Assembly (NCBI GenBank): GCA_040388805.1
Contig: JAZKBE010000032.1
Location: 485-64,484 of the forward strand
DNA: 64,000 nt
Reading direction: 5' to 3'
From: Pseudomonadota bacterium
GTDB lineage: Bacteria > Pseudomonadota > Gammaproteobacteria > Burkholderiales > Burkholderiaceae_D
In this document: positions 1-10,351 of the stretch, piece by piece
How the letters are laid out: each line of letters starts with the position of its first letter
Numbering within the stretch: the stretch's first letter is position 1
Translations under genes and position numbers: made by a program
Notes under the pieces: generated by a model
The model's database searches: none
Seen by the model: only the letters and a program-made list of their open reading frames with translations
What the model was told of the DNA's origin: nothing

Positions 1-165
1 TTCGGCGATGATGTTCAGGTGCATGTCGGTGACCACCACGGCCACTTCGATGATGCGGTCAAGGTCGGGCTCGAGGCCCGTCATTTCCATGTCCACCCAG
101 ACCAGGTTGAACTCATTTGGGCGCTGTACCGCGGCCGGTGCTGCTAAATCAGTGGCATGTGACAT
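1..165 (-). CDS. orn: Oligoribonuclease, 5' part (runs off the left edge)
   Basis: Manual minus-strand translation from ATG at 165: [58 protein letters not shown] is the Orn DEDDh ExoI motif. Divergent from the M48-rsgA genes, as in Burkholderiales. Confidence 0.93.
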   Translation of the reverse strand, partial: MSHATDLAAPAAVQRPNEFNLVWVDMEMTGLEPDLDRIIEVAVVVTDMHLNIIAE

Positions 166-212
166 AATTCTCTCTTGGCCTAATCAATCCTGCATTTTCT
201 CACAGGCACGTA

Positions 213-1475
213 ATGTATTCACTCGCGTTTTCGATCTTATTCGTTTCTTTCTTCATGTTGACCCTGGTGCTGCGCTTCTGGCTGGCGAACCGGCAATTGC
301 GCCACGTCATGGCCAACCGCGCCGTCGTGCCCGCCGAATTCGCCGAAAAAATCCCGCTGGCGGCGCACCAGAAGGCGGCCGACTATACCGCCGCCAAGAC
401 CCGCTTCGGCCTGCTGTCGCTACTGTTTTCCAGCTTTGTCCTGATCGGCTTCACCCTGCTGGGCGGCCTGCAATGGCTGTCCTCCACCCTGCTGCCGCTC
501 ACCGGCCCGGGCATGCTGTTCCAGATGGCGCTGCTGGTCGCTTTCGCCCTCATCGGCGGCGTGCTCGACCTGCCCTTCGATTATTACCGCCAGTTTGTCA
601 TCGAACAGCGTTTCGGTTTCAACAAGATGACGCTCGGCCTGTGGCTGGCCGACATGGGCAAGGGCGTGCTGCTGGGCGCGGCGATCGGCCTGCCGCTGCT
701 GTGGGTCGTATTGACGCTGATGGACAAGACGGGCGATCTGTGGTGGCTGTACGCCTGGCTGGTATGGAGCGGCTTCCAGCTGCTGATGATGGTGCTCTAC
801 CCCACCGTCATCGCGCCAATGTTCAACAAATTCACGCCGCTGGCCGACGCCAGCCTGAAGGCGCGCATCGAAGCGCTGATGGCGCGCGTGGGCTTCGCCT
901 CGTCCGGCCTGTTCGTGATGGATGGCTCGAAACGCAGCGCGCATGGCAATGCCTATTTCTCAGGCTTTGGCAGCAACAAGCGCATCGTTTTCTTCGATAC
1001 CCTGCTCTCGCGCCTGGCGCCCGAGGAAATCGAAGCGGTGCTGGCGCACGAACTGGGCCACTTCAAGCTGAAACACATCGTCAAGCGCATCGTCGTCATG
1101 TTCGCCGTCTCGCTCGGCTTCCTGGCCCTGCTCGGCTTCCTCAAGCAGCAGGCCTGGTTTTACACGGGCCTGGGCGTGGACCCGGTGCACGGCGGCGGCA
1201 ACGACGCCATGGCCCTGATCCTGTTCATGCTGGTGCTGCCGATCTTCACCTTCGTGCTCTCGCCGCTGACCTCGATCACCTCGCGCAAGCATGAATTCGA
1301 GGCCGACGCCTTCGCCGCCAAGCACACCGAAGCGAAAGACCTGGTCTCGGCCCTGGTGAAAATGTACGAGGACAATGCGTCCACCCTCACCCCCGATCCG
1401 CTGCATTCGGCCTTCTACGATTCCCACCCGCCGGCCTCCGTGCGGATCAAGCAACTGAACCTGGCGGCCACATGA
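213..1475 (+). CDS. M48 family (Ste24-like) integral membrane zinc metallopeptidase
   Basis: Multiple hydrophobic segments; HEXXH (AHELGH), EFEAD, YDSHPP and DGSKRSAHGNAYF motifs. Confidence 0.92.
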   Translation: MYSLAFSILFVSFFMLTLVLRFWLANRQLRHVMANRAVVPAEFAEKIPLAAHQKAADYTAAKTRFGLLSLLFSSFVLIGFTLLGGLQWLSSTLLPLTGPGMLFQMALLVAFALIGGVLDLPFDYYRQFVIEQRFGFNKMTLGLWLADMGKGVLLGAAIGLPLLWVVLTLMDKTGDLWWLYAWLVWSGFQLLMMVLYPTVIAPMFNKFTPLADASLKARIEALMARVGFASSGLFVMDGSKRSAHGNAYFSGFGSNKRIVFFDTLLSRLAPEEIEAVLAHELGHFKLKHIVKRIVVMFAVSLGFLALLGFLKQQAWFYTGLGVDPVHGGGNDAMALILFMLVLPIFTFVLSPLTSITSRKHEFEADAFAAKHTEAKDLVSALVKMYEDNASTLTPDPLHSAFYDSHPPASVRIKQLNLAAT

Positions 1476-1804
1476 CCCTCACCGAACAACACTGCACGAC
1501 CAGGCCGCCGGCGCTGGCTTCCGGCGCGGTCGATACCTTGCTGGCGCAAGTGGCCGGCTGGGCCCTCATCGACGGCATGCTGCGCACCAGCTTCTCGTTC
1601 AAGGACTACCACGAGACCATGGCCTTCGTGAACGCCCTGGCCTGGGTTTCGCACCGCGAAGACCACCATCCCGAACTGCTGCTCACCTACAAGCTGTGCG
1701 CGGTCGGCTACAACACCCATTCGGCCGGCGGCGAACTGACGCAAAACGATTTCATCTGCGCGGCCAAGGCCAGCGCGCTGTACGCCCAGCGGGCAGGCGC
1801 ATGA
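1472..1804 (+). CDS. phhB: Pterin-4-alpha-carbinolamine dehydratase family protein
   Basis: F-x-F-KDY and HREDHHP (H-x3-H-H-P) motifs, THSAGG..T.NDFICAAK C-terminus; ATGA overlap with the upstream gene. Confidence 0.9.
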   Translation: MTLTEQHCTTRPPALASGAVDTLLAQVAGWALIDGMLRTSFSFKDYHETMAFVNALAWVSHREDHHPELLLTYKLCAVGYNTHSAGGELTQNDFICAAKASALYAQRAGA

Positions 1805-2694
1805 GCGAGCCACTGACCGGCGTCGTCATCGCCGCCCACGGGCGCCATTACCTGGCCGACGTGGGCGGGCGCAAGCTGCAGTGCGTCACGCGCGGCAAAA
1901 AAACCAATGTGGCCGTGGGCGACCTGGTCAACCTGAAAATGACCTCGGACGACCAGGCCGTCATCGAATCGATCGCCGAGCGCAAGACGCTCTTGTACCG
2001 CTCGGACCAGTACAAGTCCAAGCTGCTGGCGGCCAACCTGACGCGCTTGTTCATCGTGGTGGCCACCGAACCGGGCTTCGCCGACGACCTCATTTCGCGC
2101 TCGCTGGTGGCGGCAGAAGCTGCAGGCATCGACGCCCACCTCATCCTCAACAAGACCGACGTCGCCGAGCTGCTGCCCAAGGCGCGCGAACGCCTGCTCA
2201 GCTACACTTCGCTCGGCTACCCGCTGCACGAAGTGTCGGCGCGCGCCGATCCCGAACACGCCGTGGCCACCCTGATGCCCCTGCTCGAAGGCCACAGCGC
2301 GATCTTCATCGGCCAGTCCGGCATGGGCAAGAGCTCCCTGATCAATCTGCTGGTGCCGGACGCCGACATCGCCGTGCGCGAAATTTCGGCCGCGCTCGAC
2401 ACCGGCAAGCACACCACCACCTTCACCCGCCTGTACGCGCTGGCGGGCGGCGCCTCCATCATCGATTCGCCGGGCTTCCAGGAATTCGGCCTGTACCACC
2501 TGTCCGAAGGCATGCTGGAACGCGCCTTCGTCGAATTCGGCCCCTACCTGGGCGGCTGCAAGTTCTACAATTGCCGCCACCTGATCGAACCGCAGTGCAC
2601 CATCCTGGCCGCGGTCGCCGAAGGCAAGATCGCGCGCTTCCGCCACCAGCTGTACGGCCAGTTGCTGCATGAATCGGCGCAGACCCTGTATTGA
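1801..2694 (+). CDS. rsgA: Ribosome small subunit-dependent GTPase A
   Basis: Circularly permuted GTPase motifs NKTD, GQSGMGKSS, GKHTTT, DSPG, then C-x4-C-x-H-x5-C zinc finger. Start ATG at 1801 overlaps the phhB stop. Confidence 0.95.
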   Translation: MSEPLTGVVIAAHGRHYLADVGGRKLQCVTRGKKTNVAVGDLVNLKMTSDDQAVIESIAERKTLLYRSDQYKSKLLAANLTRLFIVVATEPGFADDLISRSLVAAEAAGIDAHLILNKTDVAELLPKARERLLSYTSLGYPLHEVSARADPEHAVATLMPLLEGHSAIFIGQSGMGKSSLINLLVPDADIAVREISAALDTGKHTTTFTRLYALAGGASIIDSPGFQEFGLYHLSEGMLERAFVEFGPYLGGCKFYNCRHLIEPQCTILAAVAEGKIARFRHQLYGQLLHESAQTLY

Positions 2695-2757
2695 TCCGGA
2701 ATTTTGTTGCCTTAGGGATTTTTCGGCATACAATTGATCGAAAAGGGGGCGCTACCG

Positions 2758-5586
2758 ATGGAAATGTTCACAGTCGATGACAATGTGGCCAAGTGGGAAA
2801 CCATGCTGCCCTCGCTGCGCGGTCTCGACCGGCTCCCCATCCTGCTGCCCCTGGCCTGGCACCTGCGCCAGCGCGACACCCTGCGCGCCATCGCCCTGGC
2901 GGCCGAAGCGCTCTCCCTGCTCCCCGAATCCGGACTCGACGAAGCCGCCCGCGCGCGCGGCCAGGCACGCATGCGCCTGGTGCATGCCGAAGGGCGCTGG
3001 CTGCATGGCGAACTGGAAGTGGCCCGGGCCCAGGCCGGCGACGTGCTGCAGCGCTTTACCGAACTGGGCGACGCCGCCGGCGCCGCCGACAGCCACTGGC
3101 TGCTGGCCTGGATCGCGGTCGACCGCGGCGACCATGGCGGCAGCGACGCCGCCTTCGCCGCGGCGGCGGCGGCGGCCACGCGCGGCGGCGACCGGCAGCG
3201 CGCCGAACTGGCCGAAGCGGCCATCGCGCGCTGGGCCGTCCTGCGCGACCGCAACACCGCCGTGGCGCGCTGGGGCGGGCGCTTCAATTCCGACAGCGCC
3301 GGCCAGGACCCGGCGCTGGCCACCTGGATCAACGACTTCCTGGCGCTGGCGGCCAGCCAGGCCGGCGACTTCGGCGCGGCGGCCGGCTACTTCATCCGCT
3401 GCTACGAAGCGGCCCTGGAAACGGGCCAGCTGCGCGCCGCCATCACGTCGGCCACCAATATCGGCGAAGAATTCACCCTGCTCAACGACCACCATTCGGC
3501 GCTCGAATGGATGCAGTGCGCGCTTGAACTGGCGCGCCCCACCGGCTGGCCGCGCAGCGTAGGCGCCTGCCTGATGCACACGGCCGACACGCTGCGCCGC
3601 CTGGGCCAGCTCGACCCGGCGCACGACATGCTGCAAGAAGCGCTGGAAATCCTCAAGCCCCTGGAAAACGCGCGCAGCTACGCCATCGCGCTGCAGTACC
3701 TGGGCGACCTGTCGCTCGACCAGGGCCATTTCGAGGAAGCGCTCGACGCCTTTACCCGGCTCGAAGTGCGCGCCGACGCGCTCGACCAGGCCGATTTCCG
3801 CAGCATCGCGCGGCGCGGCCAGGCGCATGCCCTGTCGCGCCTGGGGCGCTGCGAGGAAGCGCTGGGCGTGGCCGCGCAGGCGGCCAACCTGGCCGCCGAC
3901 CAGCACAATCCCTACAACCAGATCGCCGCGCTGCGCGTGATGGCCATGATCCACAACGAGCACCGGCTGGCCGCGCCCGAGGGCATGGTCGAAGCCAACC
4001 CCGCCCTGCACTACCTGCGCAAGGCGCTGGCGGTGGCCACCACCATCGAAGGCTATACCGTGCCCGGCGAACTGTACGACGCCATGGCGCGCGAATACGC
4101 CGCCGCCGGCGACTACCGGCACGCCTACGAAGTGGCGCTGGCGGCGTCGAACTCGCGCGAGAAAACGCACAGCCAGGAAGCGACCAACCACGCCATCGCC
4201 ATGCAGGTGCACCACCAGACCGAGCATGCCCGCAGCGAGGGCTACCACCACCGCGAGCTGGCCGAATCGGAAGCGCGGCGCGCCGAGATCGCCCAGCGCA
4301 CCAGCGCCACGCTCGAACGGCTGTCGGCCATCGGCCAGGAGATCACCGCCCACCTCGACGCCGAAGCCGTGTTCCGCGCGCTGGACCGGCATATCCACGG
4401 CCTGCTCACGGCCAGCACCTTCGCCATCTACATGACCGACGCCAGCGCCACCATGCTGCACCGGGCCTTCGGCGTGGAACTGGGCAAACCCCTGCCCACC
4501 CATTCGATCCCGCTCGACCACCCGGCCGCCAATTCGGTGCGCTGCCTGACCGAGCGGCGCGAAATCTACATCGACAACTGGCCCGACGCCGAGCACCGCA
4601 ACGTGGTGCCGGGCACCATGGTCAACCTGTCGGCCCTGTTCGTGCCGCTGACGGTGGGCGAGCGCGCGATCGGCGTGATGACGGTGCAGGCACCGCAAGC
4701 GCGCGCCTACGGCGAAAACGAACGCATGATCTTCCGCACCCTGTGCGCCTACGGCGCCATCGCCCTCGACAATGCCGAAGCCTACCGCCAGCTGCAGGAT
4801 GCGCAGGCGCAGCTGGTATCGCAGGAAAAGCTGGCCGCGCTGGGGTCCCTGATGGCGGGCGTGGCGCACGAACTCAATACCCCGATCGGCAACAGCCTGC
4901 TGATCGCCTCGACCATGCAGGAAAAGACAGCCGAAATCGAAGTGCTGATGAACGGGCCGGGCTTGCGCCGTTCGGAACTGGCGAGCTTCGTGGCCGACTC
5001 GCAGAAAGCGGCGGCGCTGGTCATGCGCGGGCTCACCAGCGCGGCCGACCTGGTCAACAGCTTCAAGCAGGTGGCGGTCGACCGCACCACCGAACAGCGC
5101 CGCAATTTCAACCTGCAGCAGGTATGCCATGAAATCATCGCCACCATGATGAACCGGATCCGCCAGGCCAACCACAGCATCGAGATGCAGGTGGGCGACA
5201 CGATCGGCATGGACAGCTACCCCGGCCCCTTCGGCCAGGTGATCACCAACTTCATCAACAACGCCCTGCTGCACGCCTTCGCGGCCGGCACCAGCGGCAA
5301 GATGCTGCTCAAGTCCACGCTGGCGCCCGACAACCGGGTGATCGTGGAATTTCGCGACGACGGCGGCCGCATCCCCGGCGAGCACCTGGGCCGCATCTTC
5401 GATCCCTTCTTCACCACCAAGCTGGGCCAGGGCGGCAGCGGGCTGGGCCTGTCGATCAGCTACAACATCGTCACATCCCTGCTGGGCGGCCAGATCAGCG
5501 TGGCCAGCAGCCCGGCCGGCACCTGCTTCACGCTCGACCTGCCCCTGACGGCACCCCAGCCCGACCCGACCAGCGCCATCTACTGA
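2758..5586 (+). CDS. Cytoplasmic TPR-repeat / GAF / histidine kinase
   Basis: About 490 aa of Ala-rich helical TPR-like repeats, a GAF region (LFVPLTVGERAIGVMTVQ), H-box GVAHELNTPIGN, N-box NFINNA, FDPFFTTK and GSGLGL. No TM segment. Start chosen after AAAAGGGGG. Confidence 0.85.
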   Translation: MEMFTVDDNVAKWETMLPSLRGLDRLPILLPLAWHLRQRDTLRAIALAAEALSLLPESGLDEAARARGQARMRLVHAEGRWLHGELEVARAQAGDVLQRFTELGDAAGAADSHWLLAWIAVDRGDHGGSDAAFAAAAAAATRGGDRQRAELAEAAIARWAVLRDRNTAVARWGGRFNSDSAGQDPALATWINDFLALAASQAGDFGAAAGYFIRCYEAALETGQLRAAITSATNIGEEFTLLNDHHSALEWMQCALELARPTGWPRSVGACLMHTADTLRRLGQLDPAHDMLQEALEILKPLENARSYAIALQYLGDLSLDQGHFEEALDAFTRLEVRADALDQADFRSIARRGQAHALSRLGRCEEALGVAAQAANLAADQHNPYNQIAALRVMAMIHNEHRLAAPEGMVEANPALHYLRKALAVATTIEGYTVPGELYDAMAREYAAAGDYRHAYEVALAASNSREKTHSQEATNHAIAMQVHHQTEHARSEGYHHRELAESEARRAEIAQRTSATLERLSAIGQEITAHLDAEAVFRALDRHIHGLLTASTFAIYMTDASATMLHRAFGVELGKPLPTHSIPLDHPAANSVRCLTERREIYIDNWPDAEHRNVVPGTMVNLSALFVPLTVGERAIGVMTVQAPQARAYGENERMIFRTLCAYGAIALDNAEAYRQLQDAQAQLVSQEKLAALGSLMAGVAHELNTPIGNSLLIASTMQEKTAEIEVLMNGPGLRRSELASFVADSQKAAALVMRGLTSAADLVNSFKQVAVDRTTEQRRNFNLQQVCHEIIATMMNRIRQANHSIEMQVGDTIGMDSYPGPFGQVITNFINNALLHAFAAGTSGKMLLKSTLAPDNRVIVEFRDDGGRIPGEHLGRIFDPFFTTKLGQGGSGLGLSISYNIVTSLLGGQISVASSPAGTCFTLDLPLTAPQPDPTSAIY

Positions 5587-5588
5587 AA

Positions 5589-5658
5589 GTTTCCCAACCG
5601 GGGTCAGACCTCGGGAGGGAAATATTGCACGCTGGAGGTCTGACCCCGGTTGGGAAAC
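5589..5658. repeat. REP/REPIN-like palindromic element, copy 1
   Basis: Perfect 24-bp inverted repeat GTTTCCCAACCGGGGTCAGACCTC / GAGGTCTGACCCCGGTTGGGAAAC around a 22-nt spacer centred on AATATT. Second copy at 16885-16940. Confidence 0.85.
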
Positions 5659-5754
5659 ATTCGCTTGGGGTGCATTGTATAGACAAGCGGCCTTGCACCC
5701 GGAACAGAATTAACCCTTATAATTGGATGGATAATAGCCGTCCCCGGTAGTCCC

Positions 5755-6681
5755 ATGCCCCCAAATACAGCCATCAAGCACTTCCTGCAGTTCTCCGACT
5801 TCAGCCTGGACGAATACGACTACGTGATCGAACGCGCCAAGCTCATCAAGCGCAAGTTCAAGAACTACGAGGTGTACCACCCCCTGATCGACCGCACCCT
5901 GGTGATGGTGTTCGAAAAAAATTCGACCCGCACCCGCCTGTCCTTCGAGGCCGGCATGCACCAGCTGGGCGGCGCCGCCATCTACCTGAACACCCGCGAC
6001 AGCCAGCTGGGCCGCGGCGAGCCGGTGGAAGACGCCGGCCAGGTCATGAGCCGCATGTGCGACATCATCATGGTGCGCACCTTCGGCCAGGAGATCATCG
6101 AGCGCTTCGCGGCCCATTCGCGGGTGCCGGTCATCAATGGCCTGACCAATGAACACCACCCCTGCCAGGTGCTGGCCGACATCTTCACCTACCACGAACA
6201 CCGCGGTTCCCTGGCCGGCAAGATCGTGGCCTGGGTGGGCGACGCCAACAACATGCTTTACTCCTGGCTGCAGGCGGCCGAGGTATTCGGTTTCCACCTG
6301 AACGTGTCCACGCCCAAGGGTTACGACATCGACCATGCGCTGGTCACCACGAAACGATTTACCTTCTTCGACAATCCGTCCGACGCCTGCGAGGGCGCGC
6401 ACCTGGTCAACACCGATGTCTGGACCAGCATGGGCTACGAGCAGGAAAACGCGGCCCGCCTGAAAGCCTTCGACGGCTATATCGTCGACGCCGCCAAGAT
6501 GGCGCGCGCCGCGCCCGACGCCCTGTTCATGCACTGCCTGCCGGCCCACCGCGGCGAGGAAGTCTCGGCCGACGTCATCGACGGCCCGCAGTCGGTGGTC
6601 TGGGACGAGGCTGAAAACCGCCTGCACGTGCAGAAGGCGCTGATCGAATACCTGCTGCTCGGCCGCGTCGCCGGCGAATAA
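5755..6681 (+). CDS. argF: Ornithine carbamoyltransferase
   Basis: FEKNSTRTR, HPCQ and FMHCLP motifs; adjacent to argG. Confidence 0.97.
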   Translation: MPPNTAIKHFLQFSDFSLDEYDYVIERAKLIKRKFKNYEVYHPLIDRTLVMVFEKNSTRTRLSFEAGMHQLGGAAIYLNTRDSQLGRGEPVEDAGQVMSRMCDIIMVRTFGQEIIERFAAHSRVPVINGLTNEHHPCQVLADIFTYHEHRGSLAGKIVAWVGDANNMLYSWLQAAEVFGFHLNVSTPKGYDIDHALVTTKRFTFFDNPSDACEGAHLVNTDVWTSMGYEQENAARLKAFDGYIVDAAKMARAAPDALFMHCLPAHRGEEVSADVIDGPQSVVWDEAENRLHVQKALIEYLLLGRVAGE

Positions 6682-6714
6682 CCACTTAGTCAAAAACCTT
6701 GAACTGGAATCTCC

Positions 6715-7947
<1,233 letters not shown>

Positions 7948-7966
7948 GTCACGCTGTTGCGCATTC

Positions 7967-7993
7967 AGGCCGCCTGCGGGCGGCCTTTTTTTT
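7967..7993 (+). terminator. Intrinsic terminator after argG
   Basis: AGGCCGCC-TGCG-GGCGGCCT followed by a T run. Confidence 0.85.
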
Positions 7994-8061
7994 GAACCTG
8001 CCCCCTTGTGGCCCGGCAAAATGTTACATTTGCGGTAGTCAATATAGTCGGGGAGGCAAGG

Positions 8062-9876
8062 ATGTTGAATTCGCTGAGCATCAAGAGCAAATTATTCGCC
8101 GGCTTCGGCTGCGTGCTGGCCATCATCCTGGGCTTGCTGCTCCTGGCCTACAACAATTTCAGCAAGCTGTCCGCCGCCAGCGACTGGGACCGCCATACGC
8201 TCGAAGTGCTGGACCAGACCGACCAGATCACCGTCTCGTTGCTGCAGATCCAGACCTCCACCCGCGGCTTCATGCTGACCGGGAGCGAAGCGATGGTCGG
8301 CCCGATCGACAAGGAAAAGGCCAGGATCGGCGAGCACCTGGCCAAGGCCATCGCGCTGACGGCGGACAAACCTGCCCATCAGGAACGCCTGAAGCGCCTG
8401 CCGCCGATGATCGACCACTGGAGCGTCAATGTCATCAATCCCATGATCGAGAAGAAACGCGAACTGATCAGGAACACCGGTACGGCGCAGCCGGCCAGCC
8501 TGGTCAATGATGTCCTGGGCGCGGACAAGGCCATGACCACCATTCGCGCCGTGCTGGCCGAAGTGACCGACGAAGAGCGCCGCCTGCTGGTCGTGCGCAG
8601 CGGCGACTCCGACGCCCTGGAAAAATCGATGAACCTGGTGCTCAGCGCGGGCGGCATCATCTGCATCGTGCTCTCGGCCGTGATCGGCCTGGTGCTGGCG
8701 CGCGCCCTGCTCACGCCCCTGAACAACCTGACCTTTGCCGTGGGCCAGATCGCGGCCGGCCAGAAAGGCGTGCGCGCGGCCATCGTCTCGCGGGACGAAC
8801 TGGGCAAGGTCACCGACGAATTCAACCGCATGGCCCAGTTCATCGAGGAGAACCAGGCCAATGAACTGGAGGCGAGCAGCCAGCTGCGCGCCAAGGTCGA
8901 AACGCTGCTCGAGGTGGTCTCCAAGGCCGCCGTGGGCGACCTGACCGGCAGCGTCACCGTCACCGGCGCCGACGCCATCGGGCGCCTGGGCAGCGGCTTG
9001 CAAACCATGGTCGACAATCTGCGCAAACTGATCAACAACGTACAGAAGGCCGGCATCCAGGTGACCACCTCGGCCACCGAAATCGCCGCATCGGCCAAGG
9101 AGCAGGAAGCGACCGGCATCGAACAGGCCCAGACCAGCGTGGAAATCCTGGCCACCACCAAGGAGATTTCGGCGAACACGGCGCAGCTCCTGAAAACCAT
9201 GGAAGACGCCACCGCGGTGGCCGACTACACCACCAGCGCCACCGCCGACGCCCAGGGCAACCTGAAGCGCATGGACCTGACCATGCAGACCATGGTCTCG
9301 GCCACCGACTCGATCAATGCCAAGCTGGCGGCCCTGTCGGAAAAGGCGTCCAATATCAACAGCGTCCTGATCACCATCACCAAGGTGGCCGACCAGACCA
9401 ACATCCTGTCGCTGAACGCGGCCATCGAAGCGGAAAAGGCGGGCGATGCGGGGCGCGGCTTCTCGGTGGTGGCCACCGAGATCCGGCGCCTTGCCGACCA
9501 GACCTCGGTCTCGACCTGGGACATCGAACAGATGCTCAAGGAAATGCAGTCGGCGGTATCGGCCTCGGTCATGGGCATGGACAAATTTTCGGAAGAGATC
9601 CGGCGCAGCGTGGGCGAGGTGCGCCAGGTGGGCGAGCAGCTGTCCTCGGTCATGGACCAGGTGCAGAAGCTGGCGCCCCAGTTCGACCTGGTGCTGCAAG
9701 GGATGCAGTCGCAGGCGGTGGGCGCCTCGCAGATCTCCGAGACCATGATGCAGCTGAACGACGCCACCCAGCAGACCGTCGATTCACTCAAGGCCACCAG
9801 CGAGGCGGTGCACCAGCTGCAGTATGCGGCCAGCGACCTGCAGTCGTCGGTGGCGACGTTTTCGGTGAGCGGCTAG
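8062..9876 (+). CDS. wspA: Methyl-accepting chemotaxis protein, WspA-like, with CHASE3 sensor and HAMP
   Basis: TM - CHASE3-like (HTLEVL...TRGFMLTG) - TM - HAMP - MCP core (QTNILSLNAAIEAEKAGDAGRGFSVVATEIRRLA). QVTTSATEIAAS resembles WspA. Confidence 0.88.
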   Translation: MLNSLSIKSKLFAGFGCVLAIILGLLLLAYNNFSKLSAASDWDRHTLEVLDQTDQITVSLLQIQTSTRGFMLTGSEAMVGPIDKEKARIGEHLAKAIALTADKPAHQERLKRLPPMIDHWSVNVINPMIEKKRELIRNTGTAQPASLVNDVLGADKAMTTIRAVLAEVTDEERRLLVVRSGDSDALEKSMNLVLSAGGIICIVLSAVIGLVLARALLTPLNNLTFAVGQIAAGQKGVRAAIVSRDELGKVTDEFNRMAQFIEENQANELEASSQLRAKVETLLEVVSKAAVGDLTGSVTVTGADAIGRLGSGLQTMVDNLRKLINNVQKAGIQVTTSATEIAASAKEQEATGIEQAQTSVEILATTKEISANTAQLLKTMEDATAVADYTTSATADAQGNLKRMDLTMQTMVSATDSINAKLAALSEKASNINSVLITITKVADQTNILSLNAAIEAEKAGDAGRGFSVVATEIRRLADQTSVSTWDIEQMLKEMQSAVSASVMGMDKFSEEIRRSVGEVRQVGEQLSSVMDQVQKLAPQFDLVLQGMQSQAVGASQISETMMQLNDATQQTVDSLKATSEAVHQLQYAASDLQSSVATFSVSG

Positions 9877-9895
9877 AGGAAAAGGGGAAGCGGCG

Positions 9896-10351
9896 ATGAA
9901 AGTGCTGGTCTTCACCATCGGGCAAGACCGCTATGGCCTGCCCCTGCGCGCCATCGCGCGGGTGCTGCCGGTGGTCGAACTCAAGCAGCTGCCGCTGGCC
10001 CCCGATTACGTGGCCGGGCTGATGGACCTGCATGGCGAGCCGGTGCCGGTGATCGATCTCTCGCGCCTGGCCGGCGTCACGCCGGAACAGGTCTGGTTCG
10101 ACACCCGCATCATCCTGGTCGACTATCCGGCCGGCGCCGCCGGCACGCGGGGGCTCGGCCTGCAGGCCGAACACGTCGCCGGAATTGACAGCATCGACCC
10201 CGAGGCGCTGCGCACGAGCGGCATCACCGGCGCCCCTTTCCTGGGCCAGGTGACCGGCACCGCGCATGGCATGCTGCAGCTGGTCGACGTCGAGGCGCTG
10301 CTGCCGCCGGACGTGCGCGCGCTGCTGTTCCAGCCGCAGGATGCCGCATGA
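9896..10351 (+). CDS. wspB: CheW-like scaffold, WspB
   Basis: LPLAPDYVAGLMDLHGEPVPVIDL CheW motif; position in the operon. Confidence 0.88.
   Translation: MKVLVFTIGQDRYGLPLRAIARVLPVVELKQLPLAPDYVAGLMDLHGEPVPVIDLSRLAGVTPEQVWFDTRIILVDYPAGAAGTRGLGLQAEHVAGIDSIDPEALRTSGITGAPFLGQVTGTAHGMLQLVDVEALLPPDVRALLFQPQDAA

Noticed and set aside
2752-5385. Many long antisense or alternate-frame ORFs (e.g. 2752-5385, 5710-8019, 12158-14473, 39849-42503, 50878-54498, 56080-58461)
   Set aside because: They shadow well-supported genes and have Arg/Ala/Gly-rich composition with no motifs. This is expected from stop-codon scarcity in high-GC DNA.
5589-5658. CRISPR-like repeat/spacer
   Set aside because: The repeats are inverted rather than direct, there are only two units per locus, and no cas genes are present.
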